This document shows positions 14,633 to 29,266 of a stretch of 64,000 nt of DNA, piece after piece (positions within the stretch are counted from its first letter, which is position 1; each line of letters begins with the position of its first letter). The notes beneath the pieces are model-generated. The model was not told the origin of the DNA and made no database searches. It saw only the letters and a program-made list of their open reading frames with translations. Source of the DNA: the human T2T-CHM13v2.0 reference genome, Homo sapiens. A program made the position numbers and the translations under genes. The stretch covers positions 28,096,001 through 28,160,000 of the forward strand of contig CP068257.2 in NCBI GenBank assembly GCA_009914755.4, in the 5' to 3' direction.

Positions 14633-14765
14633 AACATTTACTGAGCACTCACTATATGCTCAGGGCTTAAATGTACTATTTGATTTCCACATCAATCCCA
14701 TGAGGTAGGAGACACTTTGACCTGTATTTTACAGAAGAGGAAAGTCGGCTTAGAGAAACGTAGTC
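14633..14765 (-). mobile_element. MIR SINE fragment
   Basis: acatttactgagcactcactatatgctcagg is the reverse complement of the MIR cctggcacatagtaag.gctcaataaatgt box; attttacagaagaggaaa..ggcttagaga is the reverse complement of the MIR core. Confidence 0.6.
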
Positions 14766-15665
14766 ACTTGTTGTGACGGGCAGTCTTTAGGGTGGCCTCC
14801 AATGATCCCCACCTTCTGGCATTCACAGTCTTGTGTAGTCCCCTTCCCTTGAAAGTGGGGCTAGTAACTTTCTCCTAGACAACAGAATACAGAGAAAGTG
14901 GTTAAATGTCACTTCTGTGATTTGATTATAGAGGACTGTGACATGTATCTTGGTGGCAGAGTCTCTCTAATGCTTTCTGAGCTTGTACCCTTTGATAAAA
15001 CAAGAGAGTATGTTGGAAAGGCTCATATGGCAAGGGACTGGGGGTGCCCTCTGGCTAACTGCAACCGAGATCCTCAGTCCAACGATCCTCAAGACTTGAA
15101 TACTGTCAACAACTGCACGAGTAAACTCAGAAGTAGATGCCTCTGCTGTTGAAACTGCAGATGAGACTTTACTCTTGTGTATGATTGTAGCTTTGTGAGA
15201 GACCTCAAGAAAGAGGGCTCAGTTAAGCTATGCCCAGATTCCTCACTCAGAAACTGTGAGATAATAAATTTGTGTTGTATTAAGCTGCTGCATTTTGGAG
15301 AAAAGGCAGATAACTTTGGGTAACTGATAGATAACTTAGCAATAGATTGCTAGCAATAGACAACTAATACACTTGACTTAGATCCCACAGGTAGAAAGAG
15401 TACAGGGTTAAAATCCAGGGCCTCTGATTCCCTCAATGAATACTTATGTCATGCTGCCTGGTTACTTACCAATTATTATTATTATTTTCATTTCAAACTT
15501 GTTCTGACTTTAATTCCTGGCATTTAGCCTGAATCTGGTATTTTGTGCGTCCTTGACAGTTATGAAATGAAAAGTGGGTCCAGGAAACACAAAATATTGT
15601 ATGGTAAATTAGCCAATCAAAGCAACATTTTTAAACTTTGTATTTCTTAAAATTGAGAAAAGAGA

Positions 15666-16045
<380 letters not shown>

Positions 16046-17392
16046 TTAGGTTGCATGGTTAATTTTAACATCTCTCTACACTAGAACATGGATTGGGTAC
16101 CACACTTGGGCCCTGATTTGAAATTAATTACTTTATCAAACATTTGTTAAACAACTTTGAAATTTCTGCCTATGTGCCAAGCCCTTGAAACACAAAGCTG
16201 GGTAAAACAGTGTAAGGGCAAGGACAAATACAGATAGTGACATCATTGCATGATCTGATAAGTGATTTAATCACAATTTGAACAAAGAACTGTGGGAATA
16301 AAATACAGAGGATAACCTTCCTTCAGTGGTCTCCCTGTTTCTTTCTCTCTCATTTTCTCTGTCTACACACATGTGCACACTAACACATGTATTGATATCA
16401 TTCCGGCTAATTCAGAAAATCATAAATGTTCACTCAAGAGAGTTAAGATTTTACTCAATGATTGTAATTGTAAAGTGACTATGAGAAAAAGTTCAAGTGA
16501 AAGGACTTGGCTGATCTGAAGTAGGGTGTTATCAATTTTAATGAATCATTGAGCAACAGGTTTAGAGAGGACATTAAAAGAGATGACACACAAATATAAA
16601 CCAGAGAATTGCCAATTGAAGGGAACAACCAGAAATGCAATTTAAAGTGGTGTTCTTTTGATGTTCAAAGTAACTTTTGGTGATTTTTACACACAGAGAA
16701 AAAGAAAACATTTTTTCCCTACTCAAGGTACTGCCATACAAAATAATCAAAAGGAAAAAGTATCACTTTTAGGTAGCCATTTTCTACACCTCAATCAGAT
16801 TAAAGGTCTATTTTTCATCGGTTTACTTAGAGTGAATTTGCACTGCTGCATGGTGTTGTTAGTCTTTGTTGGATACCATAAGGTGTCTCCCAAGAACTTA
16901 GGAATAATGAAAATAAAATTGTTCCCTGAGAGCTAAACTATGAGCCAAACAAATAATAAATAAAAGTAGAGAATCACAGTTACCTTAAATAGACAAAAGA
17001 GCTCCCAGGACTGCAAGACTTGATTGTAACCTGCCTGAATGTATTAGAGTACTAAGAAAGAATATAGTCTCAACTGATGTCTGCACAGCCATGGGAAGAT
17101 AAGGGAAAAGAAAGTCTCAGAGCAATATGGGCATGCCATTTATGCATGGTCCTGGCTAGGGAGTAAGAGCATCCTTTTGAGTAGGATATGTCTAGCTCTT
17201 ACACATCAGATTAATCTCCCAAATCCTTGTTGTGTTCTCTTTACATGATCAGGAAGGAAATCTCCAATTGTGATCTGGCTTCCTGCAGGGGTTAAGGTAA
17301 ACAAGGCAGACCCTGAGAAGAGGCGAAGGCAGAAAGTATCAGTTGGTTGAAGAAAGATAGTATCAGTTTGTTGAAGAAAGAATAGAAAGCAT

Positions 17393-17750
<358 letters not shown>

Positions 17751-20040
17751 TTAATGTCAGTCTTTTTAAAGTCACAATTTACAGCAACCTTTTTCTCCCT
17801 TAGAATTTAAACATGCTTAATCCCCTTTCATCTCAAACAATAAAATAAAAGAGACATGCCACCTCCACTTTTTCCAACACCCCTTTCCTGAGTTCCAGCT
17901 AACACTGTGAAAGCAAGGTGTATGTTTCTTAAGTATTCATTTAAGTTCTTGGGTTTATTTACATATTGTTTCTCCCTGGCATTAATCAGAGTATTGTTTG
18001 AATTTTCCAACGGTATTTCAGTTACACTCTGTTGATTCAAAAGAAGGTTGTTTGTCCAAGCTTGTCCAAGTCAGTTTCAAGAGGCTCAGCCACCAAAAGT
18101 TTCATCAAAGAGGAAGCCAAGGTCATCAGTAAAGCCTCACGAGAGGTAGGATCACAGGGGTGAAGTGGACACTCACGGGTCCTGCCATCCTTGGCATCAG
18201 GAAAGTCTCCATTCTGGACCACCTTTGTCTGTCTGAACAATTCCTCTCAGATTTTAGAGTCTGGAAATTTCCTGAGTAGCTTAAGAGAAGATAAGAGTCA
18301 AAGTTTCCAAACTGTAGAAATAACCCAAATGCATGGCTCCTTTTATTTCCACAAATTTGGCCAGAGACACGACAATTTGGGCAACTTTGTGCAATGTTTT
18401 ACATTTAATGATTTTTATGACCCAAACTCTGCTAGGCAGAATAGTATAAGCATTTGTAATCCGTACTGAAATAATCCATCTGGCATAAAATCCAAATTTC
18501 AAAATTGGATGAGATTGTGTGTTCTGGGCCTACCAAGATAGTTATTACACACATGAGAACTCAAAATACTAAAGCTACTGGTAGAAACAATTGCTCTTCT
18601 CCTTGCTGTAAACATGAAAGTGAGAAGCAGCAAAGAACGATCAACAAATTAACACCCTTTTCATATTTTTTGTGACAGCTACCTGGAACGGGCAGGAAAG
18701 AAAAATGCAGATAAGAAAATTAAAACCACAGACTCCTGGGCAGCGAACAAGAGCCTTCTGATCCTAATTCGATCTGGAGTTAAGAATGAAGGGGATTTCT
18801 GTAGCAGTTTCTTTTGCATAGCAGAGCTCCGACTTTTCCAGCAACAGCGTGTCCCTGGAAGCTACACAAAGTCCTCTTTGATTGCCTGTGATCAAAGCCA
18901 CGAAGGCTCTCCTGCAACATCTTAGCTTCAGAAAGCCAGGAAAATCAGAATGCTGAGAGTATATTAATAATTCCTAAACATATTTTTAAGGTGAGTGGTA
19001 CTTCTAACAGAGCTTCATTATTACTAAAAATGATTTGTTTCTGACTTTCCTGTTGGGGAAAAAGTTAGCCTTAACTTTCTGATGAGCAAGTTGCATGTTA
19101 CAGTGGATATTGAACAATATAGTCAGTTGTTTTACTCAGAATTTATGCAGCTGATCACATAGGGACAGGACTGGATGATAGAAAGCTCACTAGACTGGAA
19201 GTCAGGAGAATCAGCTTTGTCACCGATCTAACGTAGCATAGTGGACGTGTCTAATAGCCTTGGCCTCAGCATCTCCATCTGTGAAATGGGCTGAAGGGCT
19301 TGAGCTCTCTGTTACTTCTTTGGGATGTGGTAGTTAAGAAGGCTCCCATTGGATTCCACATACCCTTGTTTATAGCCATGGCTGAATCTTCACAAGACTG
19401 CCAAATCCCAAGCTGCCTCCTCTTCTGTACCATTTCTGCCACATTTGGGTCTTTATCAGCAGGAGAGTGCAGACACTTTAATGTGAATTCATGTGCAGCA
19501 TTTGACCGAGGATTATTTCTACTTTTTAAAAGGCAGCAAGCAAAAACATGCAACTTGATATATGGGGGTGGGAAGGATCATATTTTAAAGTCAGAAGAAC
19601 TGCTTATATATTTCAACTATAAAATTTATTATCTGTGTGAATTTCATTAAATTATTTAACTCCTCTGAGTCTCAATTTCTTATCTGTATAATAAAACCTA
19701 GTCCGCATATTGCAATGAAGTTAAAAAGACAGTCTGTTTATGAAAAGTGTAAATTTCTATTTAATATCAAAAGTACGTAATCTAAATTGTGAAGTCTTTA
19801 TTATTTTTACTATTTATTTTTATTTATTTATATATTTCATGAATATTAGTAGTAGTTGTTATAGAAGAGTATTAGTAGTATTAGTTGTAGGGACAAGAAC
19901 CAACAAACTATTTTTTTAATGATGGCATTTCATATACAATGAGGAATCAGGGTAGAAGAATTAATTGAGGAGAGGGAAGCATCTTTTTGCGGCAATTAAA
20001 ATATGTACAATCATACCTAAACTAGTCACCCTATTTTTAG

Positions 20041-20153
20041 TTCCTTCTCTCCCTTCCTTCTCTCCCTCCCTTCCTTCCCTTCCTCCCTCCCTCCCTCCCT
20101 CCCTCCCTCCCTCATTCCTTTATTCCTTCCTTCCTTGCTGTCTTGCTTTCTTT
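20041..20153. repeat. (CCTT/CCCT)n polypyrimidine microsatellite
   Basis: ttccttctctcccttccttctctccctcccttccttcccttcctccctccctccctccctccctccctccctcattcc... Confidence 0.95.
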
Positions 20154-20597
20154 CTGAATATGTACCTACTCTACATTTGCCAACTCCAACTCTGGATGCA
20201 TTCTAAAGGAAAGACAAGCCAACCACAGGGTAGAAACATCACCCTGAGCCAGAGCTCTGGGTCAACAGTGACGACAGGAGGCATCTGGTAGGGAGAAAAG
20301 ATGTAGCAATTTTACCTGGAACTACAAAGATTTGAGACTCAGAATCACGCTGACATTTGGGGACCTAGCAGGGGTGTATAGACAAAATGTGGCACCACAT
20401 TTGTCTTGAACTACTGATTGCTGAGGCAGATTTTCTTGTAAAGGTAGGACGCCAAGCAGTATGGTCCAATCTCTCCTTGATTTTCTGATGAGGGTCAATA
20501 GAGGAGAGAAGGAGAGAGAAGAATTGAGAGAAGCAAAATTTGGAGACTGTTGAAGAGTCAGGCTCTCTTATAGATTCTCAGAAGAAAAAAGAAAACC

Positions 20598-20681
20598 TGT
20601 GATACTGATATATCAAATAAGAGAGGTTTGATATATTATTAGATATCAAATTGATGTATCTAATAAGATAGGTTTGATATT
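20598..20681. repeat. AT-rich palindromic low-complexity repeat (left flank of the LTR7 insertion)
   Basis: gatatatcaaataagagaggtttgatatattattagatatcaaattgatgtatctaataagataggtttgatat; atcaaat.aagata and ggtttgatat units recur, including in inverted orientation. Confidence 0.7.
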
Positions 20682-21078
20682 TTCACTCTCGTCCGTGTGA
20701 AGAGACCACCAAACAGGCTTTGTGTGAGCAATAAAGCTTTTTAATCACCTGGGTGCAGGCGGACTGAGTCCGAAAAGAGTCAGCGAAGGGAGATAGGGGT
20801 GGGGCCGTTTTATAAGATTTGGGTGGATAGTGGAAAATTACAGTCAAAGGGGGTTGTTCGCTGGCAGGCAGGGACAGGGGTCACAAGGTGCTCAGTCGGG
20901 GACCTTTTGAGCCAGGATGAGCCAGGAGAAGGAATTTCACAAGGTAATGTCATCAGCTAAGGCATGGACCAGCCATTTTCACTTCTTTTGTGATTCTTCA
21001 GTTACTTCAGGCCATCTGGATGTATACGTGCAGGTCACAGGGGATATGATGGCTTAGCTTGGGCTCAGAGGCCTGACA
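20682..21078 (-). mobile_element. Solo LTR7 (HERV-H long terminal repeat)
   Basis: Reverse complement matches the LTR7 consensus end to end. Start: tttcactctcgtccgtgtgaagagaccaccaaacaggctttgtgtgagcaataaag (rc of LTR7 3' end ..CAAAGCCTGTTTGGTGGTCTCTTCACACGGACG..). End: ..gatatgatggcttagcttgggctcagaggcctgaca (rc of LTR7 5' end TGTCAGGCCTCTGAGCCCAAGCTAAGCCATCATATC). Candidate 5-bp TSD gatat/gatac. Confidence 0.8.
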
Positions 21079-21170
21079 GATACAACATTTGATTATATTT
21101 GATATATCTTATTTGATATACCTAATAAGATATATCAAATAAGATAGATAGGTTTTAAATAAGATTAGTT
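21079..21170. repeat. AT-rich palindromic low-complexity repeat (right flank of the LTR7 insertion)
   Basis: gatacaacatttgattatatttgatatatcttatttgatatacctaataagatatatcaaataagatagataggtttta; inverted copies of the units seen in the left flank. Confidence 0.7.
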
Positions 21171-22393
21171 GGCAAGAAAGCTGCCTCACACCACCCCTAC
21201 TGCAGCCTTTTGCACATTTCTGTCCTTAGCTTACCTCCCTTTCATCTGGTAATAATGGTGGCACTGGACCTTTTTTCCAGATCACCTTCCTTTAGCTGCC
21301 TCTTGGTCCACTTTTCCCCTTCAAGGTTGCTCTTGCTGCTAAAGGTTTACCATGACTTTATTTCTGTGGATGGGAATGGGGAGTGAGCGTGTGTTATTAT
21401 GGAGCCATCTCTTAATGATGTAGTCCTGGGCCCAGGGAGAACTTGCAATTGCATGCTCCATAAGTCCTTCTTTATTTCTTCCATGCACACAGCAGCTTTG
21501 CTAATGCCTCTCAGCCTGACACACCCAGTCAATCTGTTACACTCAAGATGGTTTTTACTACAATGGGAGGGAATCTGCATATGTCCTGGTGGGTACTGGT
21601 ACATCTGATTTTTACATAGGTTGCAAGTAATCTGACCAGTTTGTTAATGACCTTCTAATGTACATTTGCATTATGATTGTTCCCATTATTTGCCATTCCA
21701 ATTCCACTTACGGGGGTTTTCTTTCGAGACGCTAGCTGTCTTTCCTACCTGCCTGTAACACATTCACAAAGTTAATGAGGACATGTGCGCATGGCAGTGG
21801 GTGTCACCATTTTAATTGCTTCCAAATATGGTTAGCATATGTTGTCTCAGTATAGAAAATCTGAATTAAAATGCTAAGCCTTTTTAGTACTGGCAAGAGA
21901 TAATAGTCTCTAGAGCTAGGGCTCTTCTGAGAAATTCATGACGTCTCCAAAGTTTCCCTCTGGTTCAAGAAGATGCTGGTTTTTCTGAAACAGCTCTTAT
22001 ATACTTTTGATCTCCTTGGACTTTTAACGCTTCTGTAGATAGTGATTTGGTAACTTCCATGAGATAAGGTCAGAGCTAGAATGGGCTGGGACTTGCTTTC
22101 ATTAGTATGTGTCTAAGCACTTGGTCCAGGAATGATATCCTTAACAGTAGCTTTCCTGTTCAGTCACTTCCCCCTAATTTAACTATAAGAACAAGGAACT
22201 TAATTTTGTTGAGGTCTTACAAAAAATTGTATTCTTTGATTATATGCTGTGAGCATGAAGGATGTGTGAAAATACTCAAAAGAGAACGTCTGCTTCTTCT
22301 TTGCAAGAAGCTTACTATTTCTTGGATGAGACCAAATGGCCAGAAAAAGGAGCTTAACAATATTGTACAAAGTAAATTCAAAGAAAAAATATG

Positions 22394-22789
<396 letters not shown>

Positions 22790-24788
22790 TTAGAAATGCT
22801 GGACAAGTTCAGATTTGATATGACAGGCTGCTCTAGTTCCTATTTGGAGAACCTGAAAAATAATATGCACAGCACCCTATGCTCTTGTCAGATGATATCA
22901 TGCCAGAGGCAAGAGCTCTTTTTCTGGTGAGTGCATGCATGCATGTGTGTGTGTTTTGAGTTTGCAAGCTGTCTTACTTCATCCATGTTTAGTGGAAAAG
23001 AATATTGGCCCACTGTGTAATAACAATTATTAATAGTTAATAACAATTTTATAAAATAAATTATCTAGTGCGATGAAACAAAGGATAGTCTCTTCTTCAT
23101 GTATAATAAAATATAATTTGATTGAGAAACAAACCCTTCATCTGCATTGTACAAATAGGTGAGAGGTAATTAATGGGAAGATTTTCTTTTTCTCTCTGGG
23201 AAAATGAATCACATACTTGGCTTCCTTGGCTGCCTGTCAAGAAAACAACTCTCCACACGCTGAAATATCTTAGAGGCAAATTGGATGCTCAAGACAGAAG
23301 CCTGTGACAGAATCAATGTTGGACTCTCCGCAGATGGGGCCAGTGTAGCAAAGCCCTCTGGCATAGATGGGCTTCATATTACTGTTAGCTACCATAAAAT
23401 TGTCCCTGTGAAACCACAGAAAATTTTACCAACTCCCTTTAGGGCAAGAAAGAGAAATGGGAACAAGAAACAGAAAACAAATCACTCACTCTGTTCTAGA
23501 GTATAAAAGCAGATACTGGCAGGCTATTTTTAAAAGTTACCTTTAAAATCATCCCTTTGCTTTATTAAAGAAAGCAGTCTTTGATTTCATGTACAGGTGT
23601 ATGAAATATTTTTAGGTAAACAGTATGAAGATCTAAGGGAAAAGTCTGTGTGCCTCAGAAGAGGTAATGGTGTGTGCAATTGGATTATTGGATGTTCTGT
23701 GCCCTTGTATAATATATATATAATATATAGTTATGTAGATCATATGTACGTTGAGCAAAACTACCTGGATCTGAACATATGGAAATCTCTATGATCCAGT
23801 AAGAGGTATTGGGATCCTTTTTCTTAAGGAGAAAAATCCTTCAAAGTTAGGTATCCTTTACTAGGCAGGCAGACTCATTACCAAAACTGCAGTATGCGGA
23901 CCAGTCTTGGGTGTTTGAAACTTGGCTTTGATACGGTGACAACTCTGTGTGTAAATTACTCTGCATAGTAAAATATTCTAACCTCTCCTGCATAGTAAAA
24001 TACCAATCAGCAATGAAGACAGATTACAGCTGGAACAAATGCAGTTAGTGAACTTGGATTTTTCCATACTAATGAAGTTAAACAGAAAAATAAATAAATA
24101 CAACAATAGGAAAGTCCAAAATAACTCATGTGTGGGTGGCTTTATGTACTTGGAGATCGATGCTTACACATATGCGTCATGCCTACAAAGACTGAGGTCC
24201 CAAGCAGGAGATCAAGAATATGGAAGGAAAAACTAAACTTCCTATAGAAAATGCATGTAAAACAGGTTTTAGAGCCAAATAATCACGTGTTCAAATCCTG
24301 GTTCCTACTATTTAGTTGAGTTACACAGTATTTCAGATCATGAAAGCATAATTTCCTCACTTACGAAATGAGGAGTAATCCTCGCCCTGGGATTTCTGTG
24401 AGGAATAAATACAAAATCACACATCTGACACAGAGGGGTGTGATTGTCATTTCAATGTGTCAACTTGACCAGGCGACAGTACCCAGTCATTCAATTAAGC
24501 ACTAACCTGGGTGTTGCTGGCAAGGTATTTTGTAGACCTTGTTAGCATCTGCAATCTGTTCACTTTCAGTAAAGCAGATTATTTTCCATAATCTGGGTGG
24601 GCCTGATTCAACCAGTTGAAAGGATGTAAAGGTAGAACTGAGGTTTACCTGGGGGACAGGAAATTCTCCCTGTGGACTGCAGCATCAGCTTCAGCCTGGG
24701 AGTCTCCATTCTCTCTTTTTTAATGGCCTGCCCTATCGATTTCAGACTTATCTAGTCTCCACAGTCATGTAGGCCAATTCTTTGTACT

Positions 24789-24848
24789 CTATCTATATAT
24801 CTAAATCTATCTAGCTAGCTACCTAGCTAGCTATTATCTATCTATCTT
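24789..24848. repeat. (CTAT)n/(CTAG)n compound microsatellite
   Basis: ctatctatatatctaaatctatctagctagctacctagctagctattatctatctatc. Confidence 0.9.
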
Positions 24849-25948
24849 GGTTATATGTTTCTTTCATGGAATGCTGACTAATACAAGTAAGAATCTTAAA
24901 ATGTTATTTTCTGTATAATCCAAATTTGAGGGTTCATATTTGAATACACAAATTCTATATTTCTATCAGATTGTAGTGATGGATAAAAACAAATATTTGT
25001 CTTCTGCTCACCTCCTTTAAACTAGAGGAGAAAGAAAGTGTGCCTGGAAGTTCTCAAGTCTTTTCCTGTTAGTATATTAATATGGATTCATTTATTTGAA
25101 GCATGATCATCCCACACTTAGAAAGCCTAGCCTTGAGGAAATCAGGCATAAGGCAGATTAATTGCCCTGGCTGAAAAGGGAAAGGGAGAACTTAGGGATG
25201 AGAACATCAGCATCAACATCAACATGGAACACCATTTATCATGTGCCAGGCACTGTTCTTAATAGTTAACTAACAGGCATTCACTTATTTCATCTTCATG
25301 GTAACCCTAACAGGTGAATACCACTATCATTCTCACATTCCAGGTGGGGGATCTGAGGCATGAGGTTTAAATTGCTTGTCCTGGAATGTGGTAAAGTCAT
25401 AGCGGCCACCGCAAAACATCGCTCCAGAGAGTCAATAGAGTGGAAGCTCCTTTGGGTGCCTCTTTACATGGAGAGATGGGAGGCAGGTGGAAGAGTGCAA
25501 TCCCGTAGAGCATGGAGCATCCACAGGAGCCCTCTGATATGGAATGAGAACTGGAGGAGAGAAATCAAAAAATAGGAAGAGCTTAGGGCAAGGAATCTGA
25601 AAACAGGACTATTAGATAAAATGTCAGTGTAGGGACAACGTCTTGGTCTTCTGGTCTCCAGAATTTAACTCAGTGCCTGGAAAGTAGAATATATCCCAAA
25701 AACCTGTCATGAATTGAGTAAAAAGGTTCGGATAACATTTTACCAGGAGCTGGCTTAGGTATTAGGGTTAGAAGAGAAATGCAAAGCATATTTTTACTGT
25801 CTGTGATTGAGGCCATGGTTATTAAGGTTGTCTGGCTTATAAAAACCTCTTAAAGAATGCAAAAAACATTTTTGAGTTATTTAAGTGGATGCCTCAAAGA
25901 ACATTGAGGGAAATTTTTATTACGAGGATGTGATATTTAAAATAAACG

Positions 25949-26453
<505 letters not shown>

Positions 26454-26529
26454 TTACAAATATCCAATGAATACCAGGATGGAAATAACTTGTTTCCTGG
26501 CATTCAAGACAGAGGAAATCCTTACTATT

Positions 26530-26566
26530 AAAAACAAAAAACAAAAAACAAAAAAACAAAAAAAAC
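26530..26566. repeat. (AAAAC)n microsatellite
   Basis: aaaaacaaaaaacaaaaaacaaaaaaacaaaaaaaac. Confidence 0.9.
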
Positions 26567-26604
26567 TAGAAATGATTAGCAAAGACATGAAACACAACAG
26601 TTTA

Positions 26605-27008
<404 letters not shown>

Positions 27009-27551
27009 AAATGCGAACCAGTGACTGAAATGTATATTTCCCAACCAGGGACTGTTCCAATATCACATTTAAAAGGGGTTGGTGGCCTCATTTCAATTCC
27101 CATCACATACATTGTTCTAATTGGTAAATCCCTGCAGACAAAGCAGGAGCTCCAAAATCAGGGTAGAAGGTTTCCTTCAACTTCTCAGATTAACTATTTT
27201 GGTAAACAGCATACATATTTCTCACATAGTGCTAATATTATAATGGCCAACCTCCAGATTTAAGTGCATCAATTAAGTAAACTACACTACTTCTGTGAAT
27301 AAAAGATGTTTGTTTTACTAAATCTGCCAATTTAATTAACTAGCACAATTTCCTATATATAGAAAATTTGAAACACAAACAGTGACTTCTTCTATGACTA
27401 AATTTTTTCCTAATAAATACCTGCTTAAAAGATTGTCGGCATGAGGATAGCATTATTTTTTTAAGTTCTTTCTCAAAGAAGCCAGTCAATCAAGAGCTTA
27501 TCGAGTGTGTACCAGATAATCAATTTTTCCCCCAGAGGACTTAACTTTAAG

Positions 27552-27758
27552 CAGGGTTTTTCAACTTCTGCATTAATGATATTTTGGGTTGAAAAATTTT
27601 ATACTGTGGAAGACAGTCCTATGTTTTTGAATTTTTAGCAACATTCCTGGCCTCTACCCATTAATGCCAATACTACCCCTTCCTCAGTTGTAATCTTAAG
27701 TGTGTCCAGACATTTCCATATCCCTAATTGGCAAAATTACTCCCAGTTGAGGGATGCT
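27552..27758 (+). mobile_element. Ancient hAT-type non-autonomous DNA transposon fossil (MER/Charlie-like)
   Basis: cagggtttttcaac...ttagcaacattcctggcctctacccattaatgccaatactacccc...gtgtccagacatttccatatccctaattggcaaaattactcccagttgagggatgctg resembles the family whose consensus has CAGTGGTTCTCAAC / GTTGAGAACCACTG TIRs and an internal gcagcatccctggcctctacccactagatgccagtagcaccc block. Family name not certain. Confidence 0.5.
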
Positions 27759-28079
27759 GCTTTATATTCTTGAAATAGATTGCATTAGACAGCGTAGGCT
27801 ATCTATGACAAGTATTTCTCAGATCTTAGCTTGAGATAATAGAAATTTATCTTTTGCTCTAATCAGAGAACAGTGAAGGTCATGAAGGTGGGAAGGGGTA
27901 GCATGTTCCATGTTAGAGATCTTCCACCTTTCAGCTACTGGAGCCACATTCCATTGGCCAGAATTTAGTCATCCATGCCCACCTAAATGCAAGGAAAACC
28001 GTGAAATATAGTCTCATTGCATGCCAAAGAGGAAAACAAACTAAGATTTGGGAAATAACATCAAGTCTCTGCCACAGGG

Positions 28080-28438
28080 TGTGTTAGTCTGTTCTCGCGC
28101 TGTTAATAAAGACATACTCGAGACTGGGTAATTTATAAAGAAAAGAGGTTTAATGGACTCACAGTTCCACATGGATGGGGAGCCCTCACAACCATGGCAG
28201 AAGGTGAATGAGGAGCAAAGTCACGTCTTCCATGGTGGTGGGTAAGAGAGCTTGTATAGAGGAACTCCCCTTTATAAAACCATCAGCTCTTATGAGACTT
28301 ACTATCATGAGAACAGCACGGGAAAGACCTGCCCCCAAAATTCAATTACCTCCATTGGGTCCCTCCCCCGACATATGGGAATTATGGGAGTTGCAATTCA
28401 AGATGAGATTTGGGTGGGCACACAGCCAAACCATATCA
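28080..28438 (-). mobile_element. THE1/MST-type (MaLR) solo LTR
   Basis: Reverse complement of the THE1 consensus: the left end (tgttagtctgttctcgcgctgttaataaagacatactcgagactgggtaatttataaag) is the rc of ..cctttataaattacccagtctcaggtatgtctttattagcagtgtgagaatggactaataca; the right end, ..cacacagccaaaccatatca, is the rc of TGATATGGTTTGGCTGTGTCCCC. Confidence 0.85.
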
Positions 28439-28814
28439 CAGGGATTATAACAAAATAAGGTCAAGTCATGACAAACAGATTATTTTGACGTTGTTGGAAG
28501 GGATTGCCACAAAACATCATTAGACTAATTTACTTCCAGTCAAAGAAGCCTGTATTTGCTTACATAGTCCTAGAACACTGAGCAAAATTATGAAAGGATA
28601 ATCTCAAAGCCTCTTTTTAGGTCATTAGTGTGCGTTTAGTGAGATAATGGACCCTCTTCTAGTCCAACATTCTCTTCAGGTTCTTCAGGCCTGTCTCAGA
28701 GCTATGGAGGATGCAGCAAAAGGGATGCCTTTGATCTGCTGTCTCTGGATGCACAAGGAGCTCAGAGAAACAACCAGGACACAGAACAAAACAAAGCATG
28801 GAGCTCTAATTTAG

Positions 28815-29266
<452 letters not shown>

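Noticed and set aside
19262-19300. Possible MIR core (gcctcagcatctccatctgtgaaatgggctgaag)
   Set aside because: Only ~35 bp resemble the MIR core, too short to call with confidence.
20682-21078. LTR7 considered as part of a full-length HERV-H provirus
   Set aside because: No gag/pol-like internal sequence or second LTR7 within the window on either side. The flanks are the AT-rich palindromic repeat. Called a solo LTR.
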